From the NCBI GenBank assembly GCA_900088475.1, contig FLMG01000787.1, forward strand, positions 62,001-126,000: a stretch of DNA of 64,000 nucleotides. The letters run 5' to 3'. Source of the stretch: Hyphochytrium catenoides. Lineage: Eukaryota; Protista; Hyphochytriomycota. A program made the position numbers and the translations under genes. A model generated the notes under the pieces. It ran no database searches. It had not been told where the DNA came from and saw only the letters and a list, made by a program, of their open reading frames with translations. Positions 48,301 to 61,100 of the stretch are shown piece by piece. Each line of letters starts with the position of its first letter. Position 1 is the stretch's first letter.

Positions 48301-51300
48301 GAACCGGTAGGGTTATGCCCGCTGTTACAAGCAGCTGCGATTGGCCACCGTTAGCTGTTTGGCTGCGTAGTCAAGCTAAATATGTTTCTGACCTCCGCCT
48401 TTGGTCACCGCTAAAAAGGGAAGTACATCAAGACCCTCATCGGAGAGGCCACCCAGAGTCAGCGACTAGATGAGAGAAATACCCCCGTTAACTCAAGGTG
48501 GGTGAATAGAGTCTTCCTACTGCAACTATGCAGCTGAGCTGTTCTCAACAGTCCGCAGCTGGAGGAAGACGATAACCCCGAAACGAAGAAGAGAAGAGAG
48601 AGGAAGAGGAAACTGACGAATGGGAAAAAGAAGAAAGCGGAAAAAGGCCAGAAGCAAGGCAAACATGTGAAGCAGTCTCGGAAGTTAACCCTCCTCCTGT
48701 TCGAAGATGTTGATCAACTTTTTGAAGATGAAAAGGGCTTCATAAGCACCATAGTAGACCTGCTATCTACTTCCAAATGTCCCATAGTGATGACTGCAGC
48801 AGGTAAGAGTCGAATCCTGGAGATAACATTTAGCTAAAATATATGGGCGTCCAGAGAGCAGTGGGGAGCAGAGGAGTGGTGAAAGTGCTCTTTGCGCATG
48901 CCTATTTCCTAAAGTAGTTGTTGCAACTTGATGTAGATTATCACTGGAGTTTAGGAAGCGTCCCTCATACACTACGACACTGCCATGGCCCTGGCGATCA
49001 TCAACTTTCCTTTCTATTGGACTGCATGCTGTTAGCTGAGGGGGCAGACTGCACGAGGGAGGACATATCCTTCCTTGTCTACTATGCGCAGCACGACCTA
49101 AGAAAGGCAGTTCTAACTGCTCAGTTCTGGTTCCAAAAACACTCCTGCCCAACTTTGGGCCCTTCAAGTCAAGCTCCTTCTCGTTCGTCGCTTCTACCTT
49201 TTCTTAGTGCGAGAATACTGGGCGTGCATAGCTGGGTAAAGAGTGCCCGGGCAGTGCAGCACCTCATGGATCAGGTTGACTCTGGCCTCCTACGTAAGGT
49301 GAGTATCTAGTTTCTCTAGTGGCTGACATTAAGTTCGTCCTGCATATTCTTCTTCAGGAGACTTCGAAGGGCGTGCTTTGCATCTGCTCTCTGGCTGAAC
49401 TGTAGTCACTTTCACTCAGTCGTCCTTTCCAGATGCTATCTCTAGGCAATGAAAGCTATCTTCGGCGTGAGCTGGAATCGTTGCCCGTATTGGACCTGGA
49501 CCTTGTGAATGGGGAACGGTCATTGGCCTACCCTCAAACTAGGTAGGGGACCTGCGCTATATTCTGCTCTAGTTCACGGACCAGCTGGGTCGTATAAGAA
49601 TATAATTCTGCTTCTAGTCTCCGTCCGAACTTCCTTGATGATCTCTACCGCCTGCTTTCCAGAGATGCGATTTCTGCTTTAATCCAACCTTCAATGTAAC
49701 TTCATAGCCCCAATCTATCTCTTGCCAGACTTTAACATTTCCTCCTCGCCTTCAGCGATAGGCATTCTGACCAAGCCTCAGCGGACCCATGGATAAAAGC
49801 ACCAGAAATTCACTCACTCAGTCCAGACAAGTTTGTAGTCCATACCCCGGTCAGGGTCCAAGTATCGACAGTGGCGGAAGAAATGCTTCAAGTCATTATA
49901 CGAGGAGCTTTTTTCGCCCAGAAAGTCAGGGGAAAAGAAGAGCTTCTTCCCGTCTCGGTTCAGATCGGAAATATCTTTTGTCCGCAGGTGCAAGTAGTGT
50001 CAGGATCAGAGCTGAGGGCGGCACTTCCAATGGGTTCATTAGAGCTTCCGAAGGAGAAAGAAGAGGATACCTTTGCCCAGCGAGGTATCAGAAAGAAGAA
50101 AAGGGGAAGATCCCTCTCTGCCGTTGAAGGGCTACGACTCTTTCGAAAAGTCAAGGTGACCATAGGAGGCTGCGATAGTGATTCTGATCCGCTGTCTCGA
50201 CACTCAATAGAATCCCTTCTGGAGCTCCAGCTTTCTACGACGGAAAGGAAGCAAGCAGAAACAGAAGAACGGGAGGAGCAAGCCGACCAGAACGAGAGGC
50301 CGATCTCTACAAATTTGAAAGATGTACCAAAAGCAACCAAGAGAAGGAGGTTAATAAGGCTCTCAGATAAACTGGGCGGGGATTCTTCGGACGATGACCA
50401 ACTCTGGGAAGACGAAGGATCCAAAGTGAAGCCGCTAATCAATGATGGAGGTGATGAGGACAAAGAAAGCGAAGAACTTTCAGTATCGTCCGAAAGTCCT
50501 TCCGCGCATGGAGGAGACGAGAACAAGCCAGAGAGCGACGAGAACATAGCTTCTCGCAGCAGCAAGAGCTCCATGGTCAACAGAGTTGTGGAGGAAGACG
50601 ATTCAAAGATAGCAACGATTGCAGCCACGGACACTGCTGTCAGTCCACCGTCGCTGTCTAACCAATCAGGGCTAGCCATGGAACCTGAGGCCGGCAGATC
50701 AGACTCCACAGCTACCAGGAGAGAATCAACGGATGCCTGTCACGATGAATACGACATAAACTCAGGCTCTGACCCTAAGATAGAAGACACCCCTGAATCA
50801 CAAGACATGCAAGATTCAGACAACGAACAGGCAAGCTCCTTTTTCCTACCCCCAGAGAGTGTTAAGTTGAGCGGGACCAGAGAGATCCCTAACGTCGAGC
50901 TAAAGAGTCTAGCGGATGAACAAACGGAGCGAGGTATATTGGAGGCACTGGAAAGAATGGTTACCAGTACTGAAGCCTTCTCTGCATCTGACTTGATGGA
51001 GAAGACCTACTTTCAAAGTTGCACGGTAAGAACAAACATACTGACGAGATAGGCGTGCGATGGCTGGGTGTTTGTGACTACCCGGCAATAGCTGATGCAT
51101 TATTTTCTATTCTAGGTGCCCTTTAGCATACACAAGGAAGAACTGCTCTCGTCTGCCACGATTAGTGTGCTTGAGGCAGAGTTCCAGAGTGTTCCATATA
51201 ACACCCATGACCTATCCGATGGACATGCTTCATTTCTCCGAACACTTACTGTCACCATGGAGGGTACCGGATATGGTCAATGCCTCTTGTCAGATCATGC

Positions 51301-52078
51301 GTGCCTAGAGGATGCCAAGAAGCACTCACACCTCAACCAGTTTCTCCTCGAGGGTCTTGAGAAAGCGGAGGCTCGGATGCGCTGGTAGGGGATCCGCGAC
51401 TAAATGGCCTAAATGGAATAAAGGCTCACTCATTAACCCAAACCTACCCTGATCCTCCTTTTCCTCTGATTCCTTCTTCTCCGGTACCGTGGCGGAGCAG
51501 TCGCGAAGGGTCAGATGACCTGACGCATATCTGGGCTCAGGATACAACGTAAGACGGCTAGACTTTTTGCGATCTTTCTCGGTTTTAGTGTCTACCTTGG
51601 TGTTCAGAAGCTCTCTGCGTCTCATACTTCCAGCTATTCCGCTTCGCTCTGCTTACTGTTGCCCAGACCTTTTGAGTCAATGATGTCTGTCCTCTTTGTA
51701 GCTTTGTCCATGGCGTGCATCTAACAGGCGTGAGTTATCCCAGGTTCGGCACCAGGCGACAATTCTATGAGGAGTTCGCTCCAGTTCTTGGACTGATAAA
51801 CAAAGCAGAGGCCACCAGAAGGGAAGACCAAAGAAGGAGAAGGTAAGACTTCCACTCTACACCTCTCTGGCTGCACCGCATGCATTCGCCATCAGAATTA
51901 GTCGCCCGACCGCATTCTTTTCTGTGTAGCTGACATGTGGGCAGCACTCTTTATGTAGAGCTGACATCTATGATGACCCGTTTTCTCTAGGTTCGACCAC
52001 TACCTACTCTCAAAGCGCATTTTACACTCCGACGAAGATATTTATTGCTGTGCTGCTGCTTCTGTCTATTCCTCATGA
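45353..52078 (+). CDS. ATAD5: ELG1/ATAD5-like RFC large subunit (PCNA unloader), multi-exon
   Basis: PWTDKYRP, FKEWLQQWK, Walker A LLTGK|TSSGKTSTVYACATELGFEVIEINSS, EATQSQRL, Walker B LLFEDVD, SKCPIVMT, DLRKAVLTAQFW and C-terminal RRR|FDHYL. Long disordered N-terminus with PIP-like LTGFF. Confidence 0.9.
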
Positions 52079-52329
52079 CGGTATATGTGTTGAGTGGGCT
52101 AAAGTAGTCAGAACAGAGATTGATACTAGTATGCTGGCCGCATCTGCCTTGCATGGGGTCGTATGACGGTAATAATATACATATCATCCATCGCTGTACG
52201 GCAGGTTCTCCTCCTCAAAAACTCTCCTCCTTCTCCGCTTGCGTCATAAGTCATTGACTAAATTTGGGTTACCTAGGCGCGGCGAGTGTGCGCCGAGCGG
52301 CCACTCTCTCTTGATCGGCCCTCTTACTG

Positions 52330-53744
52330 CTACCTCGTTGCTTCCGAAGGTTGCTTTCTTTGGTAAAGCTGAAGGTTAGACTCAGAGTCTCTGACATCCG
52401 GTTCCCAATGTGGGAAGTGGTAAACAAGGGTCACTACTGCCATTCCTCGCTGTTCATGAAGCTGCTTGACCAGGGGCTCTAAGACCTGATACAATGAGAG
52501 ATGCGGAGTAGCATGGCAAAAGTAGGGGTAACGTTCAGCGAGGCGGCATTAGAGGAGGAGGTGGATGGGAGGCCAACGAGCAAATCGGCCAACTGTGCAT
52601 ACTAAGAGAGAGCAAAAACAGTCAAAGAAGTAGCTGCGGAATGAGCCATCGTTGTCACGAAAGGAGATGTACCGAGGGAGCAGATCATTTATACGCAGAT
52701 GAGAGAGTAGAGATCGCTGGCAAGAGAGTAGAGGCTCTCAAATGATAAGTTTTACGGTTAAACTAAGGAAAGTCAAGCAGAAAGTGTAGGACACTTAGAG
52801 AAAAGGACAACTTTGGAAGGACAAAACAGGCAGCTTGGAAGGGTAAACCCAGGTCAGAGGAGATATTCACCTGAAGAAAGGTCGGGTAGACATAAAGAAA
52901 GATAACGGTGCAACGTTCCAGAGGAAGCTTTTGAACCTCACTCCTCTGGGAGAAATCTGCCACCTGGAAGGTCAACAGATGTTCCACTTGATGGAGATGG
53001 CTGAGCCTTTGGGCCTGCGGGGTGGTCCGGACATGCTCGTCAGCGCAACGTTCATGTCAAATCTCTCTACTCTCACGGCTCAGTTTGCTGTTCTAGGTCA
53101 TGACGCTTTGCGCTCTTTGCCGTTCGTCGTCTCTCGGTCCTTTTGTTCCTAGTCCCTCTCCACTCCTAGCTCTCTCTATCTCCTCTATCTATTTATCTGT
53201 ACCTTTCTTTCTTCTCCTCTCTCCCTTCTCTCCTCTCCCTCTCATGGAGCTCCACCTCTCTCTCTCTCTTCTGCCATCAGAACCTTTCAATCGATCTACG
53301 TTGTAATACAACTAGGCCCAACTTCAAGCTCCCACTCGGCTTCTTTGTGGACGTAGCCTTGGCCTAAACCGACAGAATAACTAGGATTGCGGTCCTGGTG
53401 TTACTCGTTAACATACATTGCTAATGCAATCCGCAGAAATGTCATAGCCCAGCCCTTGACAACCAGTCTTTAAAGCTGCCAGGATCAGGACCCGGCCGTC
53501 CCCGCAACCAATATCAAGAACGCAATCGTCGGCTTTTACTTCTGCTAGGGAAAGGAACCTAAACACTCGCTCTGTCAAGGTCAGCAGCAGGAATGGGCCC
53601 CGTTTGGCTATGGTTCGTACCTTTCGAGGAAGAGAGGAAGGGTGAGAGCCAGGTGCCACGGTTCTCATCGTCTAGGAACGCGTCAAAGTGCTTCTGCTCT
53701 AGCTCTTGAGCAGATTCTTCTAGCTCTGCTTCATGGATCTCCAT
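52330..53744 (-). CDS. Class I SAM-dependent methyltransferase (FAM173/DOT1-like small lysine MTase type), multi-exon
   Basis: WLSPFLSS, VLDIGCGDGRVLILAA, GLGYDIS, FQVADF, TVIFLYVYP, VVTLVYHFPHWEP. Confidence 0.8.
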
Positions 53745-54018
53745 CACGAATGCCTTTTTGGCCTAGGGCATCTCCCTACAGTCCCTGTCAACCTCCTTTG
53801 TCGCGTGTGTCTCAAAGCGCCGGAGCCGCGCCAGTTAAAGTCCATCATCCTGACAGGCCGCCACGAAGTAGCTACCAGGACGCTGAAAAGTGGAGGAAAC
53901 TCTCATTGCACCTCACTTCTGATCCTCATTCCAAATAAAAAAGCGCTCTCTAAGGAATAGGAACTACAATCATTGTTTCTATTTCTAATAAGGCATTGAT
54001 GAAGCGGTAATTAGGATA

Positions 54019-56415
54019 CTAGGGAAGCTCCATCGAGTCTTCAGATTCTGTCCTGCCGGTCCCATCATGATGAACACACTTGCATAACAGAGAGAGAGAG
54101 TACATGTCATCCTCAGAGGCGATCAGTCGCTCGGGAGGGATGCAGCTGTCTTCATAGAGGAAGAGATTCATAGAGGTTTGGCCAAGGAAGTCTAACCTCT
54201 GATGCTCTCCTTTGCGCGTGCACTGGAAGAGTCTCATGCTATCCGAGTGCTCGATCCGGATCTCAGACTCCCGAGCAGCAGCGTTTACCAGACAGAAGTC
54301 CACCATGAACTCGTCAGGCTCATAGGTAGAGCAGAGTCCAGCGAGACTGCTGTCATGCCTTGTTCGCTGGTGTATCTCGGAGTTTATCTCGTCAGTACAT
54401 GACTGCAACAGCTTGGCCACGGTCGCCTCGTCACACACCCGAAGTTCACAAGGGCAGTAACCTGATGGCACGCCCGCGCTTGCACAGCTACGATTGAGGG
54501 GCAGTGGTTCTAGAAGTGACTGACCCAGCTGTGTTATATGTTGATCGGGAGCTGCGTTTGTCGTTGAGTCTTCACCATGGGGAGCTTGAGAAGTAGGAAC
54601 ACCTCTAAGGTGGTTGTCCTCTTGAACAGCTTCTAGTCTTTCACCCCTATTCCCCAGCAGGAGGTGCATGATGGTTTGATAGAGGTCATGGTGCGTGGTA
54701 ATAGATACCTGGTTCTTTTTCAGGGCTTTCTGCAGCTCGGGCTGCTTCGCCAAAAGCTCCCGAGGAAGCGCCGCAAGCAGAGGAGGATTTTTATGGTGGA
54801 CAAAGCCCGCTGCATCTTCATACTCCAAACCGTGATGGCGCCCGTGATCGGAGGCTATGAAGACAGCACTTCTGGGAGGTAAGACACCATCCGCGGGGTT
54901 CAGCAACTGCCTCAAGGAAGCCACAAAGGCCTTATCCACACTGCTATAGACCGCATCTTCAACATGGGCATCGTGAAACAGGACTGTTGAGAACGTCCTT
55001 CTTGTGCGGTGATGCTTGAGAAAGGAAGAAAGGTACTCGAAGCCATAGCTGAAGGTTGGCTTTTGGCCGACACAGAGTTCATAGTCACTGACGTACGTCG
55101 GGGTAGTGAACGTTACATCGTCTACCATTCTGACGTGGGCCTGGGAGATGCCTTTAGGGTACCGACAATTAGGCTTGGCCCAATCCGATGGGGCAAAGAC
55201 AGCTTGAGGGAAACAATGCTGAGCCGGCAACTGGCCCCTAGAGAGTCCGTAGTCAGTCACTAGTCCTAAATGGTAAGAGCTCCACGAGGTCTTACTAGGA
55301 TAGCCTCCGGGCAAGTTATCGAAGAGCATTGTGTTGAAGTCCAGCTTCTCCGCGACATCAAAGAGCCAGTTGGCTCTCACCTGTTCCGAGGGCGGAATTC
55401 CTTCCTCGCCCATATGCTCGAACACTTCTGGTTCTAAGCCTGAGAACATCGCGCCATAATTTGGGGCACTGCTCTCGCCTTGTACTGTGTGCCTCCGGAA
55501 GTCAAACACTTGATAATCTGCTGCGTCGTTGCTAGTCTGCAGGCTCTGTAGATACTTCGCGGTCTCAGGGAGGAGGGCAGCAAACTTTTCTCTTGAGATG
55601 CCATCAAGCATAAAGACAACTATGTTTTCCACCATAGGCTTGGCACTCTTTAGTCTCTCTCTCAGGTCTTCTGTCAGCTCTGGTGCTATAGGTTTCCGCT
55701 CAAGCCGCTCCGCTTCAGCAAGATACCGAGGGGGCAAGACTGCCACCTCTTGTCTCCCTTCACACTCCACGGTAATAAACTCAACATCTTTATCGAAAGG
55801 TAGCATGGGGCCACTTTCCAGGGTCCACGCAGAGTCACCATTGCCTCTGTATCTGTAAGGGAGAGTACCGCACTTGACGCGAACCTTATCCCACTCTGCA
55901 GCCAAAAAGCTTGGCTGGTCCGAAGGCTCAATCATCAACTCCGGAAGAAGGGTCAGGTAGGCATTTATGTCTTCATGATGGGGGAGAGGGCATGTCCTCG
56001 TCTGCGCTATCATCTCCGCTGTCTCCCAGTTGATTTCATTACTCTCAATATAAGCTTCCAGCATTGCATGATCTCCAAACTCTAAGATGGAAGTAAGGGA
56101 GCTCGGGTCAACTCGCGCACCTTTGTCCGCTCTCATGCGCTGAGAAAGATCCTGGAGCAATGCGATGCCTTTTTGCGCTGCTGAAGGATCGAAGAGGGTA
56201 AGAGTACCAAGAATCGCGAAGGAGCCCAGCAAGAAAATCGCAAACTGAATTCTTCTTGTTCGGGCCTGATGACCCGAAAGCTGAGATTTCCTCTTGTCTG
56301 GCTTGGGAGTCGGATAAACGCTATCCTCTTCGAGAGGTCCCGCAAGAAGGTTCTCAGCCTCTTGTTGGTCAGGCTTCGGCTCAGCTTCTCGCTGAGAGGC
56401 TCTGCGCGAGGACAT
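54019..56415 (-). CDS. DUF229-like alkaline-phosphatase/sulfatase-superfamily type II membrane protein, intronless
   Basis: N-terminal TM helix, NIVVFMLDGISREKFAALLPETAKYL, GESSAPN, FHDAH, IASDHG, NPPL, TTHHDLYQTI, PLNRSCASAGVPSGYCPC. Confidence 0.8.
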   Translation of the reverse strand: MSSRRASQREAEPKPDQQEAENLLAGPLEEDSVYPTPKPDKRKSQLSGHQARTRRIQFAIFLLGSFAILGTLTLFDPSAAQKGIALLQDLSQRMRADKGARVDPSSLTSILEFGDHAMLEAYIESNEINWETAEMIAQTRTCPLPHHEDINAYLTLLPELMIEPSDQPSFLAAEWDKVRVKCGTLPYRYRGNGDSAWTLESGPMLPFDKDVEFITVECEGRQEVAVLPPRYLAEAERLERKPIAPELTEDLRERLKSAKPMVENIVVFMLDGISREKFAALLPETAKYLQSLQTSNDAADYQVFDFRRHTVQGESSAPNYGAMFSGLEPEVFEHMGEEGIPPSEQVRANWLFDVAEKLDFNTMLFDNLPGGYPSKTSWSSYHLGLVTDYGLSRGQLPAQHCFPQAVFAPSDWAKPNCRYPKGISQAHVRMVDDVTFTTPTYVSDYELCVGQKPTFSYGFEYLSSFLKHHRTRRTFSTVLFHDAHVEDAVYSSVDKAFVASLRQLLNPADGVLPPRSAVFIASDHGRHHGLEYEDAAGFVHHKNPPLLAALPRELLAKQPELQKALKKNQVSITTHHDLYQTIMHLLLGNRGERLEAVQEDNHLRGVPTSQAPHGEDSTTNAAPDQHITQLGQSLLEPLPLNRSCASAGVPSGYCPCELRVCDEATVAKLLQSCTDEINSEIHQRTRHDSSLAGLCSTYEPDEFMVDFCLVNAAARESEIRIEHSDSMRLFQCTRKGEHQRLDFLGQTSMNLFLYEDSCIPPERLIASEDDMYSLSLLCKCVHHDGTGRTESEDSMELP

Positions 56416-57253
56416 TGTCCAGGGCTCGATAGCACCGCAGGAGGGTTGTCTACCAATAGATTTTCCCTGCGTTCCTTACCACGCTGCTTGATGTTGGGGC
56501 TAGCTGGAGATAGACGTCACTTCACTAAGCCACCGTGAGGCAACCCGAGAGCATGCGAAGAGAAAGCCCACTGATGGAGGTCTAACCTCTCACCGTGCGA
56601 GATAGCCACGGCTTGCACGGTAGCCGGCAGCTCGGAGAGGCATGAACAGGTTCGCCTCCGTCCAGGGCTGGCAATGAGTGCAGATGGTAAGGTGTGGAAG
56701 GTAGGCCTGGTCTCCAATGACGATGACGATCCTCTCCTCATCGTCTGAGGTTGAAGATGAAAGGACATGGACGAAGGGAACGCCACCAGGATTCAAACCG
56801 TACATTCAACTTCAATCTTACAGATTCGAAATACGTCTTTGTAGACTCTCCATAGTAAGTGGCTAGTTCTAACAGTCGTACAGTTTTCACGTAGTGGCAG
56901 AAAATACACTCTCGATCCAGATGTTCTTGGAAGAAAGTTGGGAGAAATGAAATGTGATGATTATCACTATCCGATTATCAATAGGATGCGAGCTGAAGAA
57001 GCGGTTCTCAAAGAGCTTTTGAGAGATTGAAGACGCAATGGCCTCTCAGATAACCAAGTAATCGGCCGCACACTGTACAACTGTACAAGCAGGAGGCTCA
57101 GGGCTCAGACGCTCCAAGCTGCTGCTGCTGCCTCTCCCCACCCTCGTGGTGACTTCGTTGGAATGGAGGATAATGTCCCAAAAACTGACTGTGTCCGCCG
57201 GTTGGACTGAACTTTCTCCCGCACACTCCAAATCAGCGCGAAAGAAGGAGGAT

Positions 57254-57478
57254 ACCCGTATGAAAAGAGTTGGGATAGGCTCTTATCATTCAGCGCTTAA
57301 AGGAGCGGGGTGCCTGTAGGAAGAAAGCCAGGATAGGCTTTCTTCACCCAGAGCTCAAACGAGGAAATTGCCCGTAGGAACAGGGCTGCTAAAGGCTTCC
57401 ATTACCCAGAGCTTGACGAAGAATCGGGAAGCCGGTAGGACTAGAGCTGATATAGGCCTCGATCACCCTATAGTGTAT
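57254..57478. repeat. Degenerate tandem array of four ~58-61-bp units, each with a 10-6-10 inverted repeat
   Basis: Units start at 57254, 57312, 57370 and 57431 and share CCNGTA(G/T)GA...AGGC...(C/T)ACCC with fixed internal spacing. Confidence 0.7.
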
Positions 57479-58173
57479 CAAATCATTGACCTGTGGCCCC
57501 GGGTGAAGAAATGAAGTCAGTATTATTTGAGATCTCGGAGAGAACTGTAGCTTACCAGCTGTGCACAAAGGCTACAGGTGCTGGCATGGCATCCGTAAGC
57601 AGTTTATCCTCGGCATTCGTGGCCATTTTTGTTATATCTTATAAAGAGTCCTCCCTACCAACAGTGGTTGATGTCATTGCTTGATCCCAACTACAAGGAT
57701 CAATATTCATGTGACAATCTACTAGTCCAAACCTTGTTTGGGCATGAGCGAGCAGTTTCTTAAGAGGGGCAAGGAGCTAAAGGGGCAGGCAACTGTCTAT
57801 GGTGCTTTTTAAGAGGACAGTAAGCTATGTATCGAATCAGGTTGTCCACCCCGTCACAACTCTTGAAAGCGCATTCCTGTCATAAACGCTATAGCAGAGA
57901 ACAAGGTCAACGGTTGTGACCAGGCCTTCCTCTTACTTCACTGGCCGGAGCTCACTGGTCTTGACTGGGCATGCGGTAGGAAGGAATTTTGACCGATACC
58001 GAGCCGGAGTGTGTGCTCATGGGACAGGATGCGAAAACAAACCCAAGCTCCTTGTCACTCCAACCCTGTCACTCCAAGATCTCTTGCTAGTTGTCAAAAC
58101 ACTAAGTAGAACTCTAGATAAGAGTGACCGTGGCGTACATTAATGGCAGGACTTACATTCAATCAAACATCTA

Positions 58174-61100
58174 TCACAGAAGGAGCTCCTCTTCACTACC
58201 TTGAAGAAAATCTAACTCCTTGTCAATAATCTCCTTCAGAAACACGACCCTCTCTACAGGTGGCCTGACTTCCAAAGCCAGCCGCTCCTCATCTATGGCC
58301 TCGTACCCGATCAGGTACAGAATGTGCTCAAGGATGATATCAGCACCCTCAAGCTTCTTGAACAGGCGATCAGATCTTGATATCGAGAGATATCTTTGAG
58401 ACTCCGCCTCATCCATGAGCGATGACAACACCGTAGCTGCCGCCTTTAGTACGCGGATCACTGCCCCTGAGCTTTCGTAGAGCTCGACCTCTCTTAGCAT
58501 GCGTGTTAGCTTTGTCCTCGTGGCGGTAGCCCAGCTATCCATACTGCCGTGTTCCGTGAAGCTTGAGAGCTGTGATGATGCCCTTAATCTACTCTCAGAA
58601 GACGCAGACCTAGGTTCAAAGGCTCCAGACGGTGTCCGCGACCCTCTAGGCCTTACCTCGATTGGTTCATACCTTGGGGACGGATCTGGAAACATCTCTA
58701 GCTGACCGAGACCAAGAAAAGACCCTCTGTTGCTCTGTCTTCGGGTGTCTCTCATAGCTGTCGCAGCCTCTAACGACGACAGAGGACTTTGTAGAGGTGC
58801 GGCAGAAGCCAAAGGCTCCTCGGGCTGGTCTGAGATTCCCATGAGCTCATGAAGCTCACTAACCATCTGTCTATGAGAATGCTTTTTCGCAAGAAGAACC
58901 GGATCGTCAGCCGGTATGCCCACCCGGCGGTGCCAAGTGTAGACTTTCTCTTCGACTGCTTTCCGTGCCTCATCTCGAGGTCGCTCAGAGACCTGCGGAC
59001 CTTCTTTAAAATGCTGAAGCTGTGATTCAGCTTCCTCCGCTCGTCTTCTGAGACGCGCAACTTCTTCCTTCAGCCCCTCCACCGATATATCTTCTCCACC
59101 TCCCGTTGCTGATTCATGCTCAGGCTTGCTCTGAGATATCATTTTAGCACTTGCCTTGTCAGGACTCAGAGGTGGGGGACTCGTTGCTGCCACAGTCGGC
59201 TTGAAGTAGAGCTTTTCTTCCTCTTGATTGTCAACTGAACGAGGGCTTTCCTCCAGGTATTTGTCAACACTGACGGATCTAATGCGTGGGTCATCGAGAT
59301 TCTCTATCTGATTGCCATGGGGACTATAAGATCGCTTTCGAGGGCTCTCCCATTGCTCCTCGTCCTCCGTCATTCTGCTTGATCGACGCTTTTGTGACAC
59401 TTCTACGCTTTCGACACTCCCTCTCCAGCTTCTTGAGTCTCTGTCGCTTTCCACATTTTTCTCAAGATATGAGAAAGCCCTCTTTGTCGAAGGAAAAGGG
59501 TAGGATGTCGGAATGCCGACGGCTTTGGCCAAGCGAGCCGCCTCTGCTGTGGCTTCAGCGGCAGCGGAGGTGTTAAGAGAGACTGCATGTAGCGCTGCCT
59601 CCAGCTCAGTCATTGGCCGTTCTGGTGACTCTTCTTTAGCTTCCTTAACGAGTTCTTTGCCGGAATCTACCGTAGAAAAGCTCTCCTTGCTTTTTAACGA
59701 CATCTTTCTGAGAGGTGGCATAGGGCCCCGTTCGGGTGGCGGAGCTGTCTTGAATAAGGTGGCTGAACTCGGGATTATCTTGTCGCCTCTTGTGCCCGTA
59801 AAGCTCTTTACGGAGTACTCGGAAGGAGGCGCTTTGGCCTGTCGCTAAGATAAAGAACCTAAGATTCTTTGTCTTTTACACTCCGTCTAATTTGCTACTC
59901 GTCTCCAATCTCTCGCTATCCCCGACGTTAGGCTCGATTTCGGCTTTTCTCTCTCTCTCTGTCTCTCTCTCTCTTGTGATGCAAACCGACATTTCTCTCT
60001 TCCCGAAGACACCAGACCAGCCATAGGATTCCCTCCCTTATTGCCAACAACTCTTCGTCTCCCTCCGTCCATAAACCCCACCTAATTTTATCTGTCTTTA
60101 GATTGCCCCGCGCGTCTACCGAGGGTCTGCACACGCTAACACCTACCATGAGCGATCGAGCGTCTTGCTCCGAGTCTACGGTTGGAGCCTTAGAAAACCT
60201 ACTTAAGGTATCCTCCTCCGCGGGGTTTGAGGATGTTCGCCGTATTCTTTCTCCCATGAACTTGTCCTTGGTATGGGCTCTAATCTCTAGGATACAGGCA
60301 GTACACACGCGAACCTTGGTAATCCCAATGGCATGGATCTCCACTTCTCTTTCTGGAGCGCACCCTGCGCATACGACCTCTCCACAACTTCTGCAATGGT
60401 GCCGTGACCTGAGAAGCTTGTTGAAAGGCTTTCGGCATAAGTTGCAGTTAGATCGGCGGTCGTCTGGAACCCAATGCTCTTGGCTCACAAAGGTACATGC
60501 GCTCAAGCGCTTCCTTTCGATGACAGCTGTGAGCTCAGACAAACTCAAAATCCTTTGCTTGAGCTCTGTTTCAGTTGCCGAGATGGACACCAAGCCACCT
60601 AAACAGAAGGGGAGGCACGCAGGAAGTGCATCAGAAGAGGTCGATGGGAGTTTCGTTGTAAGTTCTGAGGAGCTTTACCTATAAAGCGCTCCTGGCATAT
60701 ATAGGTCACAAGCGTTGTGTCCTTCTTCCTTCCTTCTTGCAGGATAAACCCTGTGCGGTGAATCTGGCCCCGAATGAACCCTCCCCTTGGCACTAAGGCA
60801 TTGAATTCGGTTTTGGGGCTAGACTCCATGACAATGATCCCAACACAGTTCTTGTCCCGAGTCTCATACAAGTTGCAGAACTATATAACGGAGATGTTAT
60901 TAGGACTTCTTGGCCTCTAAACCCTTTTCAGGTTCATCTAGACCATACATGACAACATACAAACGCACCTCCAAATACACGAAGTCTCGGTTGTGCCGCT
61001 GATTGCCACTCTTGCACTCATACGCGGCCCATTTCAGGCTCAACGATCTGTAGGGGTGTCCAGATGTAGGCACATCCAGGGTCTGGGGAATGAAAAGAAG

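Noticed and set aside
49960-50709. 249-aa antisense ORF and similar shadow ORFs (e.g. 26210..26692, 60103..60684)
   Set aside because: Antisense mirrors of real exons with no independent motifs.
57254-57478. CRISPR array or tandem hammerhead ribozymes
   Set aside because: Eukaryotic context with no cas genes, no identical repeats with unique spacers, and no CUGANGA/GAAA core in the right arrangement.
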